NCBI GenBank assembly: GCA_963826115.1
Contig: CAWGVS010000003.1
Location: 96,001-160,000, forward strand
Length of the DNA: 64,000 bases
From: an uncultured Candidatus Rokubacteria bacterium
GTDB lineage: Bacteria > Methylomirabilota > Methylomirabilia > Rokubacteriales > DASRDR01
Reading direction: 5' to 3'
The notes under the pieces are model-generated. The model was not told the DNA's origin. It was given only the letters and a program-made list of their open reading frames with translations, and did not search any database. Positions 18,781 through 28,806 of the stretch are shown here, in pieces. The position numbers and the translations under genes were made by a program. The number at the start of each line of letters is the position of its first letter. The first letter of the stretch is position 1.

Positions 18781-20361
18781 TCAGGGAATCGCGTGGCCCG
18801 CGAGCACGCCCGTGCAACGCTCGTCGTCGACGGCCACCTGGCCGTTGACCACGACGAACGGAATACCGGACGGGTAGCGACGCGGGTCGTCATAGGTCGC
18901 GTTGTCGATGACGCGGTCGGCGTCGAAGACGACGAGGTCGGCGAAGTACCCCGGCGCGACGCGGCCCCGCCGGGGCAGACCGAACCGCCGGGCGGGCGCG
19001 TCGGTCATCCGCTGCACCATCGCCTCGAGGCCGAGCCCGCCGAACTCCCGGCGCAGCCGCCCGAGGAAGCGCGGGAACGCGCCGAAGGAGCGCGGATGCG
19101 GAAAGCCGCCGGCCGGCGTCATGTCGCTGCACACCATGTAGTCCGGCCGGGCGAGCAGCGTCATGCAGTCCTGGCTCACCTGCCGCCACACTGCCGGGCT
19201 CCGCGGCGGGGCGCCCAGGTGGCCCACGTTGAGCTCCTCCTCCAGCAGGAGCCGGCACAGGGTCTCTCCCATCCCCAGGCCCTCGCGCCCGGCGACGTCC
19301 GCGAGGCTCATGCCCTCGAGGTGCCGGTTCCGGGGCAGATACGAGAGCACCACGTCGCTCATGGGGAGGGCGTCCTGGCGGTCGAGGTGGGCGGCGATCC
19401 GCCGGCGCTCGGCCGGATCGCGGAGCCGCGCCAGGATCGCGTCGGGCCCGCCCTCCTGGGCGTCGCTCGGCAGGAAGCTGACCGGGATCGAGCTCCCCGC
19501 GGGGTACGGGTAGACGTCGAAGCTCACGTCCGCGCCCGCGGCGCGGGCCGGGTCGATGCGCTCCATGATCCGGCCGATCTGCCCGGCCGTCGCCGGCCCC
19601 GTCCGGTAGTGCGCGAAGTGGAGGCGCACGCCCGTCCGCCGCGCGACCTCGAGCGCCTCCGCCACCCCGTGGCCGCCGTGGGCGCGCTCCAGGTTGGCGC
19701 TCCGAGGCTCGCACATGTACACGCCACCGGCCTCACGGACGATCCGGCACAGCTCGACCAGCTCCTCCGTGTCGGCCCACGGCCCGGGGTAGTACTTCGA
19801 GCCGGTCGACAGGCCCACCGCGCCTTGCTCGAGCCCCTCGCGAACGAGCGCGCGCGCCCGCCGGAGGGCGTCGCCGGCGAGCGGCGCGTCCCGGAATCCC
19901 AGGACCTCGAGGCGTACCGTGCCCTGCGGCACGAGGTAGACCGTGTTGACGGCGACGCGCCGGTGATAGTGCCGGCGGAAGGCCGACACGGACCCCATGT
20001 CGAGATCGTCCGGCGGGTCACCCAGGAGGCCGCCCAGCCACCGGCGGAACAGTCGGTAGTTCCCCGGGGAGAGCGGCGCGTACGACATCCCGTCGATGCC
20101 GAGGAAGAGCGTCGTGATGCCCTGGCGCACGCCCATGGCATTCTGGGGATCGACGAGGAGCGCGCCCTCGGCGTGAGTGTGCGTGTCGATGAACCCCGGC
20201 GCGACGACGAGACCGCTCGCGTCGATGACGCGGCCGGCCTCGGCCCGGGACAGGTCGCCGACGGCGGTGACGGTCTCGCCGGTCAAGCCGACGTCGGCCC
20301 GGTACCCGACGGCCCCGGAGCCGTCGACGACCGTCCCGCCGCGGACCACGAGGTCGAACAT
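18781..20361 (-). CDS. N-acyl-D-amino-acid deacylase (D-aminoacylase family)
   Basis: PGFIDTHTH, FDVYPY, HPRSFGAFPR, ADLVVFD motifs. Confidence 0.9.
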   Translation of the reverse strand: MFDLVVRGGTVVDGSGAVGYRADVGLTGETVTAVGDLSRAEAGRVIDASGLVVAPGFIDTHTHAEGALLVDPQNAMGVRQGITTLFLGIDGMSYAPLSPGNYRLFRRWLGGLLGDPPDDLDMGSVSAFRRHYHRRVAVNTVYLVPQGTVRLEVLGFRDAPLAGDALRRARALVREGLEQGAVGLSTGSKYYPGPWADTEELVELCRIVREAGGVYMCEPRSANLERAHGGHGVAEALEVARRTGVRLHFAHYRTGPATAGQIGRIMERIDPARAAGADVSFDVYPYPAGSSIPVSFLPSDAQEGGPDAILARLRDPAERRRIAAHLDRQDALPMSDVVLSYLPRNRHLEGMSLADVAGREGLGMGETLCRLLLEEELNVGHLGAPPRSPAVWRQVSQDCMTLLARPDYMVCSDMTPAGGFPHPRSFGAFPRFLGRLRREFGGLGLEAMVQRMTDAPARRFGLPRRGRVAPGYFADLVVFDADRVIDNATYDDPRRYPSGIPFVVVNGQVAVDDERCTGVLAGHAIP

Positions 20362-20377
20362 GGATCAGCGATCCATC

Positions 20378-20917
20378 CTAGGCCAGCGCGTGGCGCGCGA
20401 CGGGGCCGCTCAGCGTCTCGCCGCCCGCCGACACGTACAGCTCGCGCTCGCTCACGGACAGACTCCACGTCACGCGCCGCTCGAGGCGGGCGGCCAGGGC
20501 GGCGACGAGCCCCCGGTCGACCGCGTACAGCTCGAGCTCCGCCGCGCGGTGGATGCGCTCCCCCGCGAGACGGCCGAGCCACGGCGCCGGGTCCCGGTGC
20601 GTGTACACGGCGACGCGGTCCACGGCCTTCGAGGCCCGGTGGAGGCGCGCCGCCTCGGGCGCGCCGACCTCGATCCACGCGCGGAGCTGGCCGGTGAGGT
20701 CACGCACGCGGATCGCCGGCTCGTCCGGCTCGAAGAGCCCGCGCGAGAACTCGATGCCCTCGGTGAACTCGAGGGCGTAGGCGAGGACGCGCGTCACGAG
20801 GTACTCCTCGGTCTCCGACGGGTGCCGGGCGACCCGGAGCGCCAGGGACTCGTAGACCTCGCGGTCCGCGTCCGCGAGCTCGACGTCGAAGGTGTGGATC
20901 GTCGCGGTGAGCGCCAC
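20378..20917 (-). CDS. yaeQ: YaeQ family protein
   Basis: MALTATI..ARHPSET...WIEVGAP signature. Confidence 0.92.
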   Translation of the reverse strand: MALTATIHTFDVELADADREVYESLALRVARHPSETEEYLVTRVLAYALEFTEGIEFSRGLFEPDEPAIRVRDLTGQLRAWIEVGAPEAARLHRASKAVDRVAVYTHRDPAPWLGRLAGERIHRAAELELYAVDRGLVAALAARLERRVTWSLSVSERELYVSAGGETLSGPVARHALA

Positions 20918-20927
20918 CGGGGCGTCC

Positions 20928-21623
20928 CTAGCCCGTCCGCCGCCAGACCATCGCGTAGCTGATCGGCATGCCGGCGTAGGCCTGCCACTTCGGCTTCTTC
21001 GCGAGCCACGCCGCGTCGACCACGGCCTCGTCCATCTCCCCGAGCGTCCAGCCCGACGCGAGCGCGGCCGTCGCGTGGTCGCTGAAGAGGTGCACGTAGC
21101 TCCGGATGGTGACCGTCTCCCCCGGCGCCCGATCGAAGTGCGTCGGCGTGCCGGCCATCAGGAAGTACGGGTGGAACCCCACGATGACGAACACGCCCCC
21201 GGGCGCGGTGACGCGCGCCCCCTCCCGGTAGAGCGACGCGACGTCCGGGAGGTGCTCGTCGGCGAGCGACTGGATGCACAGGTCGTACGCCCGGTCGGGG
21301 AGCCCGGTGCGCGTGACGTCACCCTGGTGCAGCGCGCGGTAGATCCCCTTCCCGCGCGCGACCGCGAGCATCTCCGGCGTGAGGTCGATCCCGTCGACGG
21401 GGGCTGCGCATCGCGACCGGAGCCAGACGCCGATCCGGCCCGTGCCGCACGCGAGGTCGAGCACCGCCCGGGCGTGGGACCAGTCGACCGTCCTGAGCCC
21501 GTCGAGGAGGCGCAGGTCCATCTCGGCCTGCACGGTCGCCTCGTAGGTGCGGACCCACGCCCCGTAGCCCTCCCGCACGTCCACGATCGGATAGCGCCGC
21601 TTGTCGTAGACCGAGTGGTCCAC
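20928..21623 (-). CDS. Class I SAM-dependent methyltransferase
   Basis: VLDLACGTG, GIDLTPEML; GTG start 21623 with SD AGGAGA. Confidence 0.87.
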   Translation of the reverse strand: MDHSVYDKRRYPIVDVREGYGAWVRTYEATVQAEMDLRLLDGLRTVDWSHARAVLDLACGTGRIGVWLRSRCAAPVDGIDLTPEMLAVARGKGIYRALHQGDVTRTGLPDRAYDLCIQSLADEHLPDVASLYREGARVTAPGGVFVIVGFHPYFLMAGTPTHFDRAPGETVTIRSYVHLFSDHATAALASGWTLGEMDEAVVDAAWLAKKPKWQAYAGMPISYAMVWRRTG

Positions 21624-21822
21624 CCTGACTCTCCTTTCCCAGCCAGCCTCGCGGGCCGGCGACCGCTCCATCGTGTCACACCCGGCCGCCGCAATCCGTC
21701 GCGGACGACCGCTGCATAACGTCTCCGGCCCACGATCCCGCCCGAAACCCGGCTTCCTGCCGGTCGAACGCGCCCCTCCGGCGGCGGCCAGCCTGGTACG
21801 AACGTTGCTAGAAATCACCCTC

Positions 21823-22845
21823 ATGCGATGGACCCTGAGCGGCATCCTGCTCGCGGCCGGGCTCCTCCTGGCCGTGCCGGTGGCCGCGGACGACCCGATC
21901 GATGGGGAGCAGGCGCCCGTCGGCCTCACATCCGACGCCGTAGGCGACCTTCGCCTAGAGATCGACCGGCTCCGCGCCCGGCTCGAGCGGCTCGAGACCG
22001 GCCAGTCCGCGCTGCCGCGGGCGCTCCACGCCTTCGAGCTGCCGGCCAGTCTGCGGTTCGCCGGCGAGCCCGTGCCCCTTGGACGGTGGGACGTCGGGGA
22101 GCGCCTCGAGCGGGAGTTCCTCCTCTCGCTCGGGAATCCCGCCCAGGTGGTCCTGTGGCTGAAGCGCAGCGCCCGGTACTTCCCGTACATCGAGCGCGAG
22201 CTAGCGCGCGCGAACCTCCCGGACGACCTGAAGTACGTCGCGGTGATCGAGAGCGCGCTCCTGCCGAGCGCCTACTCCCACGCGAGCGCGCTCGGCATCT
22301 GGCAGTTCATCGCCACGACGGCCAAGCGCTACGGGCTCTCGGTGACGTCGGGCTGGGACGAGCGACGGAACCCGGAGCGCTCCACCGCCGCCGCGCTCGC
22401 GCTCCTCCGCGAGCTGCGCCAGCGGTTCCCGGACTGGCCGCTCGCGCTCGCTGCGTACAACTCCGGCGAGGGCCGCATCGACCAGGCCATGCGGCACCAG
22501 GGTGTGTCGAGCTACTACCAGCTCTCCCTGTCCGACGAGACGGAGCGCTACGTCTTCCGGGCGCTCGCCGCGAAGCTGATCCTCTCCGAGCCGGAGCGCT
22601 ACGGGTTCGAGGTCCCACACGAGGCCCGGTACCGGCCCTACGACGCCGACGTCGTGGCGGTCGAGCTCCGCGAGCGCGTGGCGGTGGCCGATCTCGCGCG
22701 GCGCGCGGGCTCCTTCTACCGCGAGTTGAAAGCTCTCAACCCGGAGATCGTCGAGGACTGGCTCGGCAAGGGCCGCTACGCGCTGCGCGTCCCGAAGGGC
22801 CAGGGCCCGACGCTCCGCGCGGCGCTCGGAGGCGCCACCCGCTAG
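21823..22845 (+). CDS. Lytic transglycosylase (MltD-like SLT domain)
   Basis: Signal peptide; IES catalytic Glu, GIWQF, LAAYNSG, ETERYV motifs. Confidence 0.9.
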   Translation: MRWTLSGILLAAGLLLAVPVAADDPIDGEQAPVGLTSDAVGDLRLEIDRLRARLERLETGQSALPRALHAFELPASLRFAGEPVPLGRWDVGERLEREFLLSLGNPAQVVLWLKRSARYFPYIERELARANLPDDLKYVAVIESALLPSAYSHASALGIWQFIATTAKRYGLSVTSGWDERRNPERSTAAALALLRELRQRFPDWPLALAAYNSGEGRIDQAMRHQGVSSYYQLSLSDETERYVFRALAAKLILSEPERYGFEVPHEARYRPYDADVVAVELRERVAVADLARRAGSFYRELKALNPEIVEDWLGKGRYALRVPKGQGPTLRAALGGATR

Positions 22846-22857
22846 ACGGGCAGCCGC

Positions 22858-22903
22858 TTGACACGGTCTGGACGCCGGTGCTACCTGTCTAGACAACTAG
22901 ACA
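22858..22903 (+). promoter_or_regulatory. Sigma70-type -35 plus GntR/HutC-type operator
   Basis: TTGACA 22858-22863; perfect palindrome TGTCTAGACA 22886-22895 and a second CTAGACA 22897-22903 directly before the ATG. Confidence 0.7.
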
Positions 22904-22904
22904 G

Positions 22905-23666
22905 ATGGACGACACCGGCACGGCGGTTCTCGTAGACGCGCGGCTCGGGGGACGGATCCCCCGCTATCTCCAGATCGCCCGCGCGCTCCGGCGCCGCCTG
23001 GCTGGCGCCGCGGCGGGCCCGGTGGCGCGACTCCCCTCGGAGTTCGCCCTGGCGGCCGAGTTCGGGGTCAGCCGCGAGACGCTCCGCCAGGCGCTGTCGC
23101 TCCTCCGGGACGAGGGCCTCATCTACTCGCTGGTCGGCCGGGGGACCTTCGCCAGTCCCGGCCATCGCCCGGTCGGTATCCGCATCACCCAGCCGATCAA
23201 CGAGCCCTACGTCGCGGGACGCCCCAGCGTCCTCCGGGTCCTCGAGGAGGGCTGGGTGAAGGCGCCGGCGGAGGTGAGCCGCGCCATGGCGGTGCCGGCG
23301 CGGACCCCGGTCTACTGCTACCGCTCGCTGCGCACGATCCGCGGGCGTCCCTTCCGCTACGGGCGCGTCTACCTGCCCCGGGAGATCGCCGAGCGTCTGG
23401 ATCTCACCCGCCCGCCCGAGCTCACGATCTCGGAGCGGGTCGAGCACGAGGCGTCCGTCCGGCTCCTCCGCGCGCAGCAGGCGGTGCTGGCAGTGGCAGC
23501 GCCGGCCGAGGTCGCGAAGCAGTTCGGCCTGGCGGCCGGGGCCCCGCTCCTGATGTTCCGGCGGACCTACTACCAGGACACCGGGGGCCCGGCGGAGTTC
23601 GTGCTCGAGTACCAGGACTCGATACGGTTCCCGTATGAAGAGACCTTCGTCCGGACGCCGCGCTGA
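22905..23666 (+). CDS. GntR-family regulator, HutC/UTRA subfamily
   Basis: LPSEFALAAEFGVSRETLRQAL..GRGTF HTH; UTRA-like C-terminal domain. Confidence 0.92.
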   Translation: MDDTGTAVLVDARLGGRIPRYLQIARALRRRLAGAAAGPVARLPSEFALAAEFGVSRETLRQALSLLRDEGLIYSLVGRGTFASPGHRPVGIRITQPINEPYVAGRPSVLRVLEEGWVKAPAEVSRAMAVPARTPVYCYRSLRTIRGRPFRYGRVYLPREIAERLDLTRPPELTISERVEHEASVRLLRAQQAVLAVAAPAEVAKQFGLAAGAPLLMFRRTYYQDTGGPAEFVLEYQDSIRFPYEETFVRTPR

Positions 23667-23784
23667 GCGGGCCCCAAGGGGCTCGACGGATGCCGAGACA
23701 CAGGACCGCCGGAGCGAGGCGCGGGTCGAGCCGTCGCGCGCTCCGGCGCCATGGACCGATTGCTCTACTAGACGGGAGGCTCCC

Positions 23785-25381
23785 ATGAAGCGACAGATCT
23801 CGCGAGGCATGCTCGGGCTGCCTCGCCCTCGCGTGCGCGCTGGCGGTGGCCAACAGCTCGACCGCGCAGGAGCCGCGCCGCGGCGGCACGCTGACGGTGA
23901 TCACGCCGTCGGACGTCTCCACGTTCGACCCTCATCCGGCGGTCGGCTTCTCCGTCCGGGTGTTCGCGAACATCTACGAGCCGCTCTTCCGGAAGGACGA
24001 GAAGGGCGTGCTCACCGGACACCTCGCCCAGTCCTGGCGCTTCCTCGATCCGACGAAGCTCCAGATCACGCTGCGGAAGGGCGTGAAGTTCCACAGCGGC
24101 AACGAGCTGACCGCCGAGGACGTCAAGTTCACGTACGAGCGGCAGCTGAACCCCGCCGACCTCGCGCGCGACGCGGCGGTCATCAAGATGCTCAAGACGC
24201 CGATCCAGGTGGTGGACCGGTACACGCTGATCCTGGAGACGCGCGAGCCGAACGCCGCGATGGTGGACACCCTGGCCCAGTCGCTGGCGACCCTGATCCC
24301 CGACTCCGCCGAGATCAAGAAGTGGGGGAAGGACTACGGGCTCCACCCGTCCGGGACCGGCCCCTTCAAGTTCGTCGAGTGGGTGCGCGGGCAGCACATC
24401 AAGCTCGCCCGGAACGCCGACTACTGGAACGGCCCGCCCTACGTCGACTTCCTCGTGTTCAAGGTGGTGCCCGAGGAGGCGACGCGGGTGCTGGCGCTGG
24501 AGAGCGGCGAGGCGGACGTGCTCTACGAGACGCCCCCGAGCGCGATCGCGGGGCTGAAGAAGAACCCGAAGCTCAAGGTGAACCGGGTCCCCACGTACCG
24601 GGACGTCAACGTGCACTGGAACGCCCTGAAGGCGCCGACCGACGACGCGCGGCTCCGGCGCGCGCTCTCCCAGGCGATCGACGTGAAGAGCATCGTCGAG
24701 GAGGTCATCACCGCCGACATCGGCCAGGTCGCGACCGGGATCTTCAACCCGAGCGTCTTCGGAGCGTGCGACGTCGGCTTCCCCGTCTACAACCAGGCGC
24801 GGGCGAAGCAGGGCCTGGCCGAGCTGGGCTACAAGCCCGGCAAGGACGGGATCCTCGAGAAGGACGGGAAGCCGCTCACGCTCACGCTCGTCGTGAACCC
24901 GCAGCGCGACCCCCGGAACGGCGAGGTGGCCGAGGCGATCCAGGCCCAGCTCCGGGCGGTCGGGGTCGACATGAAGGTGAACGCGAACGAGTTCGCCACC
25001 TACATGAAGATCCTGCAGAGCCCCGAAGGCGACTACAACATGATCTTCCACGGGTACGGCGTGGCGACGGCCGACGCCGACCTGAAGGCGACCTTCTTCC
25101 TCGGCACGAACCTGCCGCCCGCCGGGCAGAACAGCCCGCGCTTCACGAGCCCCGAGCTCGACGGCCTGATCCTCGGCGCCCAGCGCGAGTCGAACAAGGA
25201 CAAGCGCAAGGACCTCTACTGCAAGATGGGCCAGCTCTACCGGGACCAGGCGCTCGGCGTGCCGCTCTACGCCTCGTTCCGCAACACGACCACGCAGGCC
25301 AACGTCCACGGCATGGTGCTCCACCCGGACGAGTGGTACACGCAGACCTACACGCGCGCGTGGCTCGGGCCGAAGCCGTAG
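23785..25381 (+). CDS. Peptide/nickel ABC substrate-binding protein (family 5), with a +1 frameshift near 23815-23817 in the signal peptide
   Basis: SD GGGAGG + ATG 23785 (MKRQISRGML); the frame+1 continuation CLALACALAVANSSTA-QEPRRGGTL; LRKGVKFH, GTGPFKF motifs. Confidence 0.88.
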
Positions 25382-25390
25382 GAGGGCGGC

Positions 25391-26335
25391 ATGGGCGGCG
25401 GGGGCGCCGCAGGCCTGGCCGGGTACGTCGTCAAGCGGCTCTTGGCCATGCTGCTGCTGCTGGCGGGGGTCACCTTCATCGTCTTCGGGATGATGTACCT
25501 CGCGCCGGGCGACGTGACGACCATGATCGCGGCGAGCAGCCCGTCGCCCGAGCAGGTCGCGGCGATCCGCCGGGACTTCGGGCTCGACCAGCCGCCCTGG
25601 ACCCAGTACGGCATGTTCCTCGGCCGCCTCACCCGGGGTGACCTGGGCGATTCGTGGATCGACCGTCGCCCGGTCATGCCCCAGGTGCTGGGCGCGTTCG
25701 GCTACACCCTTCGCCTCGCCGCCGCGGCGCTGGTGCTGTCGATCGTCCTTGGCACGGTGGGGGGCGTCTGGTCCGCCCTCCGGCACCGCTCCCTGGCCGA
25801 CGAGTCGATCCTGACCGTGACGCTCCTCGGCATCTCCGTGCCGGTGTTCGTGACCGGGCTCCTGCTCATCTACACCTTCGCGTTCCGGCTCGGCTGGTTC
25901 CCGACGTCGGGCGCGGGCTCGTGGCGCCACCTGGTGCTGCCGGCCTGCACCCTGGCGAGCTTCCTGATCGCCTACAACGTGCGCATGACGCGCGCGTGCA
26001 TGCTCGAGGTCCTCGGCCAGGACTACGTCCGCACCGCGCGAGCCAAGGGCGTGCGGGAGCTCTGGGTGCTGGGGCGCCACGCGCTCCGGAACGCGCTGAT
26101 CCCCATGGTGACCGTCCTCGGGCTCCAGGTCGGCCTGCTCCTCGGCGGCTCGGTGATCACCGAGACCGTGTTCGCCTACCCCGGCGTGGGGCAGCTGATC
26201 GTCTCGGCGATCTCCGCGCGCGATACGCCCCTCGTCCAGGCGTGCGTGCTGGTGACGGCCAGCGGGTTCATCCTGGTGAACCTCCTGGTCGACGTGAGCT
26301 ACGTCCTGATCGATCCCCGGATCCGGCTGTCGTGA
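25391..26335 (+). CDS. Peptide ABC permease (DppB/OppB-like)
   Basis: GDLGDS, DYVRTARAKG, HALRNAL, DPRIR motifs. Confidence 0.93.
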   Translation: MGGGGAAGLAGYVVKRLLAMLLLLAGVTFIVFGMMYLAPGDVTTMIAASSPSPEQVAAIRRDFGLDQPPWTQYGMFLGRLTRGDLGDSWIDRRPVMPQVLGAFGYTLRLAAAALVLSIVLGTVGGVWSALRHRSLADESILTVTLLGISVPVFVTGLLLIYTFAFRLGWFPTSGAGSWRHLVLPACTLASFLIAYNVRMTRACMLEVLGQDYVRTARAKGVRELWVLGRHALRNALIPMVTVLGLQVGLLLGGSVITETVFAYPGVGQLIVSAISARDTPLVQACVLVTASGFILVNLLVDVSYVLIDPRIRLS

Positions 26336-26369
26336 GCCCTCGAGCGACCCGACCGGCCGGCGTTCGCGG

Positions 26370-27227
26370 ATGAGCGGGACGGGGGGCACCGGCCCTCGCC
26401 GGGCCTGGCGCGCGCTGCGGCAACCGCGGGCGGCCGCCGGCGCCCTCATGCTGAGCGCGCTCCTGGTCGGCGCCCTCGGCGCGGGCTGGCTCGCGCCCCA
26501 CGATCCGGCCCGCGCGGACCTGAAGCTCCGGCTCCAGCCTCCGAGCCGCGAGTACCCGCTCGGCACCGACTGGATCGGCCGCTGCCTCTTGAGCCGCCTG
26601 CTCTACGGCCTCCGCCTCACGCTCGCGGTCGGCGTGGCGACGGTCGCGGCCGGCGTGGCGGCCGGCCTGACGCTCGGCCTCGTGGCCGGCTTCTACGGCG
26701 GCCTCCCGGAGGCGATCATCATGCGGGGCACGGACCTCCTCCTAGCGTTCCCGTACTTCCTCCTCACGATCGTCTTCGTCGCCGTCCTCGGCCCGAGTCT
26801 CCTGAACGCGATGATCGCCATCGCCGCGTGGACGGCGCCTCACTACGTCCGGCTCGTCCGGTCCGTCGTGCTCACGGTGAAGACGCGGGAGTTCGTGGAG
26901 GCGGCGCGGGCGCTCGGGCGCCCCGAGCTCGGGATCCTCACGCGCCACATTCTCCCGGCCTGCGTGCCGGTCCTCGTCGTGCAGGCGGCCATCTTCTGCG
27001 CCCAGAACATGCTGATGGGCGCGAGCTTGAGCTTCCTCGGACTCGGCGCCCAACCCCCGTCGCCGGAGCTCGGCGCGATGCTGGGCGCCGGCCGCCAGTA
27101 CCTCCGGGCGGCGCCCCAGGTGGTCGCCGTCCCTGCCGCGGGCATCTTCCTCGGCGTCCTCGCGTTCAACTTCCTGGGGGACGTCCTCCGGGATCACCTC
27201 GACCCGACTGCCGGGCGGACCGCGTGA
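26370..27227 (+). CDS. Peptide ABC permease (DppC/OppC-like)
   Basis: PLGTDWIGRCLLSRLLYG; EFVEAARALG EAA loop; LSFLGLG. Confidence 0.93.
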   Translation: MSGTGGTGPRRAWRALRQPRAAAGALMLSALLVGALGAGWLAPHDPARADLKLRLQPPSREYPLGTDWIGRCLLSRLLYGLRLTLAVGVATVAAGVAAGLTLGLVAGFYGGLPEAIIMRGTDLLLAFPYFLLTIVFVAVLGPSLLNAMIAIAAWTAPHYVRLVRSVVLTVKTREFVEAARALGRPELGILTRHILPACVPVLVVQAAIFCAQNMLMGASLSFLGLGAQPPSPELGAMLGAGRQYLRAAPQVVAVPAAGIFLGVLAFNFLGDVLRDHLDPTAGRTA

Positions 27228-27294
27228 GCGGGCCCGCTTCGCCCAAACCGGGCCGCCGAGCCGACGGCCCGCTGACCGACCGACAGGAGCTTCA

Positions 27295-27966
27295 ATGGCC
27301 AGACTGCCGACCATCTACACGGCGCGCTCCGACGTCGACGCCGCCAATCTCGCTCGCGTGGAGAACTGGTACGCCGGGCGCCACGCCCCGGACCTGATCC
27401 GCGCGGGGTTCTACACGGCCCAGGTCTACTACTCGGATCTCGGGTCGCCCCGGATCTGCAACCTCTACGAGATTCCCGGACCCGAGCTCTTCCTCACCCA
27501 GGCGTACCGGGACGTGGCGGTCCACGACGCCGACGGACCGGCGGTGATCGCGCTCCTCACGAGCCGCTCCAACACGATCTACGAGCAGATGCTGACGGCG
27601 AGCGTCGCCCACGGCGAAGCCGACCGCGTGGCCGCACCCGCCCTGTCCACGTGCCGGTTCGACGTGCCGGCGGCGGACGATGAGGCGCTCCTCGACTGGT
27701 ACGGCGCGGAGGAGTATCCGCGGCTCCGGCGCCAGTCCGGCTTCCACGCGGGCCGGCTCTGCCGGCGGGGACCGCCCCACCCCACCGCATCCTCGCGAGA
27801 TCCCCGATGGTTCGCGATCAACGAGTGGGACGGCGTGCGATCGGCGATGGCGGACGGCTCGGCCGACGACGCGGCCGCGCGCCACCGGACCCGGTTCCTC
27901 GCCCTGACGGGCTTCGCCTACAACGTGGCCCACCGCACCTTCCGCCTCGCGCGGCCGCAGGGCTGA
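27295..27966 (+). CDS. Two-domain EthD/DUF4286-like dimeric alpha+beta barrel protein
   Basis: Duplicated motif ENWYAGRHAPDL / LDWYGAEEYPRL; SD AGGAG. Confidence 0.6.
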   Translation: MARLPTIYTARSDVDAANLARVENWYAGRHAPDLIRAGFYTAQVYYSDLGSPRICNLYEIPGPELFLTQAYRDVAVHDADGPAVIALLTSRSNTIYEQMLTASVAHGEADRVAAPALSTCRFDVPAADDEALLDWYGAEEYPRLRRQSGFHAGRLCRRGPPHPTASSRDPRWFAINEWDGVRSAMADGSADDAAARHRTRFLALTGFAYNVAHRTFRLARPQG

Positions 27967-27976
27967 GGGCGCCTCG

Positions 27977-28777
27977 ATGGACACGCGGTGCCCCCTGGGC
28001 GTCAACGGCGGCGAGTTCCCCCACTGGTCGGTGACGCAGATCCTGGACCTCGCGGTGCGGCTCGGGGTGGCGTTCGTCGAGCTGTCGGCGCGCCGCGTGA
28101 TCGGGGCGGGGCCGGCGGCGGTCGCGGCGGAGGCGCGGCATCGCGGCCTCGGCATCCACATCGGCGCGATGGTCTCGGAGCTGCCCGACGCGTTCGTGGT
28201 CGCGCACGCCGTCGGCGCGCCCCTGATCGTGGCGGTCGACGACGCCATCGAGCGCGCCGACCTGAGCCGGCGCGAGAGCCTCGACGCCTTCCGGCAGCTC
28301 GTCGTCGAGCTCCTGGACCGCCCGGAGCACGGCGGGATCCGGCTCGCGCTGGAGAACGCGATCGTCAAGATCACGCGCCACCCGGAGGACCTTCAGGCGG
28401 TGGTGGCCCTGGTGGGCCACCCACGCTTCGGGCTCAACTTCGACGCGGACAACTTCTACAACGCCGGCATCGAGCCCTTCCCCTACGCCTACGAGCTCCT
28501 CCGCGAGCACGTCTTCCAGGTCCACGTGAAGGACTCGGGGCGGTACGTCGCCGAGGTGCACGGCGACTGGCGGCGCGTGCTGCACCGGGCCGGGGGCAAC
28601 GTGGTGTGCCTGCCCGTGGGGACGGGCGCCGTGAACTGGACGGGGCTCATCGCGCGCTTCCAGCGGGACGGCTACCGGGGGCCCGTGTCCCTCGAGCCGC
28701 ACCTCCTGCCCCACGAGATGGCGCCGGCCATGGAGGCCGACGCCGCGTTCCTGCGACGCGCGGGCTGGGTCCGCTGA
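27977..28777 (+). CDS. Sugar-phosphate isomerase/epimerase (xylose-isomerase-like TIM barrel)
   Basis: LEN, FDADN, HVKD, GTGAVNW, SLE metal-ligand pattern. Confidence 0.85.
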   Translation: MDTRCPLGVNGGEFPHWSVTQILDLAVRLGVAFVELSARRVIGAGPAAVAAEARHRGLGIHIGAMVSELPDAFVVAHAVGAPLIVAVDDAIERADLSRRESLDAFRQLVVELLDRPEHGGIRLALENAIVKITRHPEDLQAVVALVGHPRFGLNFDADNFYNAGIEPFPYAYELLREHVFQVHVKDSGRYVAEVHGDWRRVLHRAGGNVVCLPVGTGAVNWTGLIARFQRDGYRGPVSLEPHLLPHEMAPAMEADAAFLRRAGWVR

Positions 28778-28806
28778 GGGCCGCCCGCCCCGAGAGAGGC
28801 CAGACG

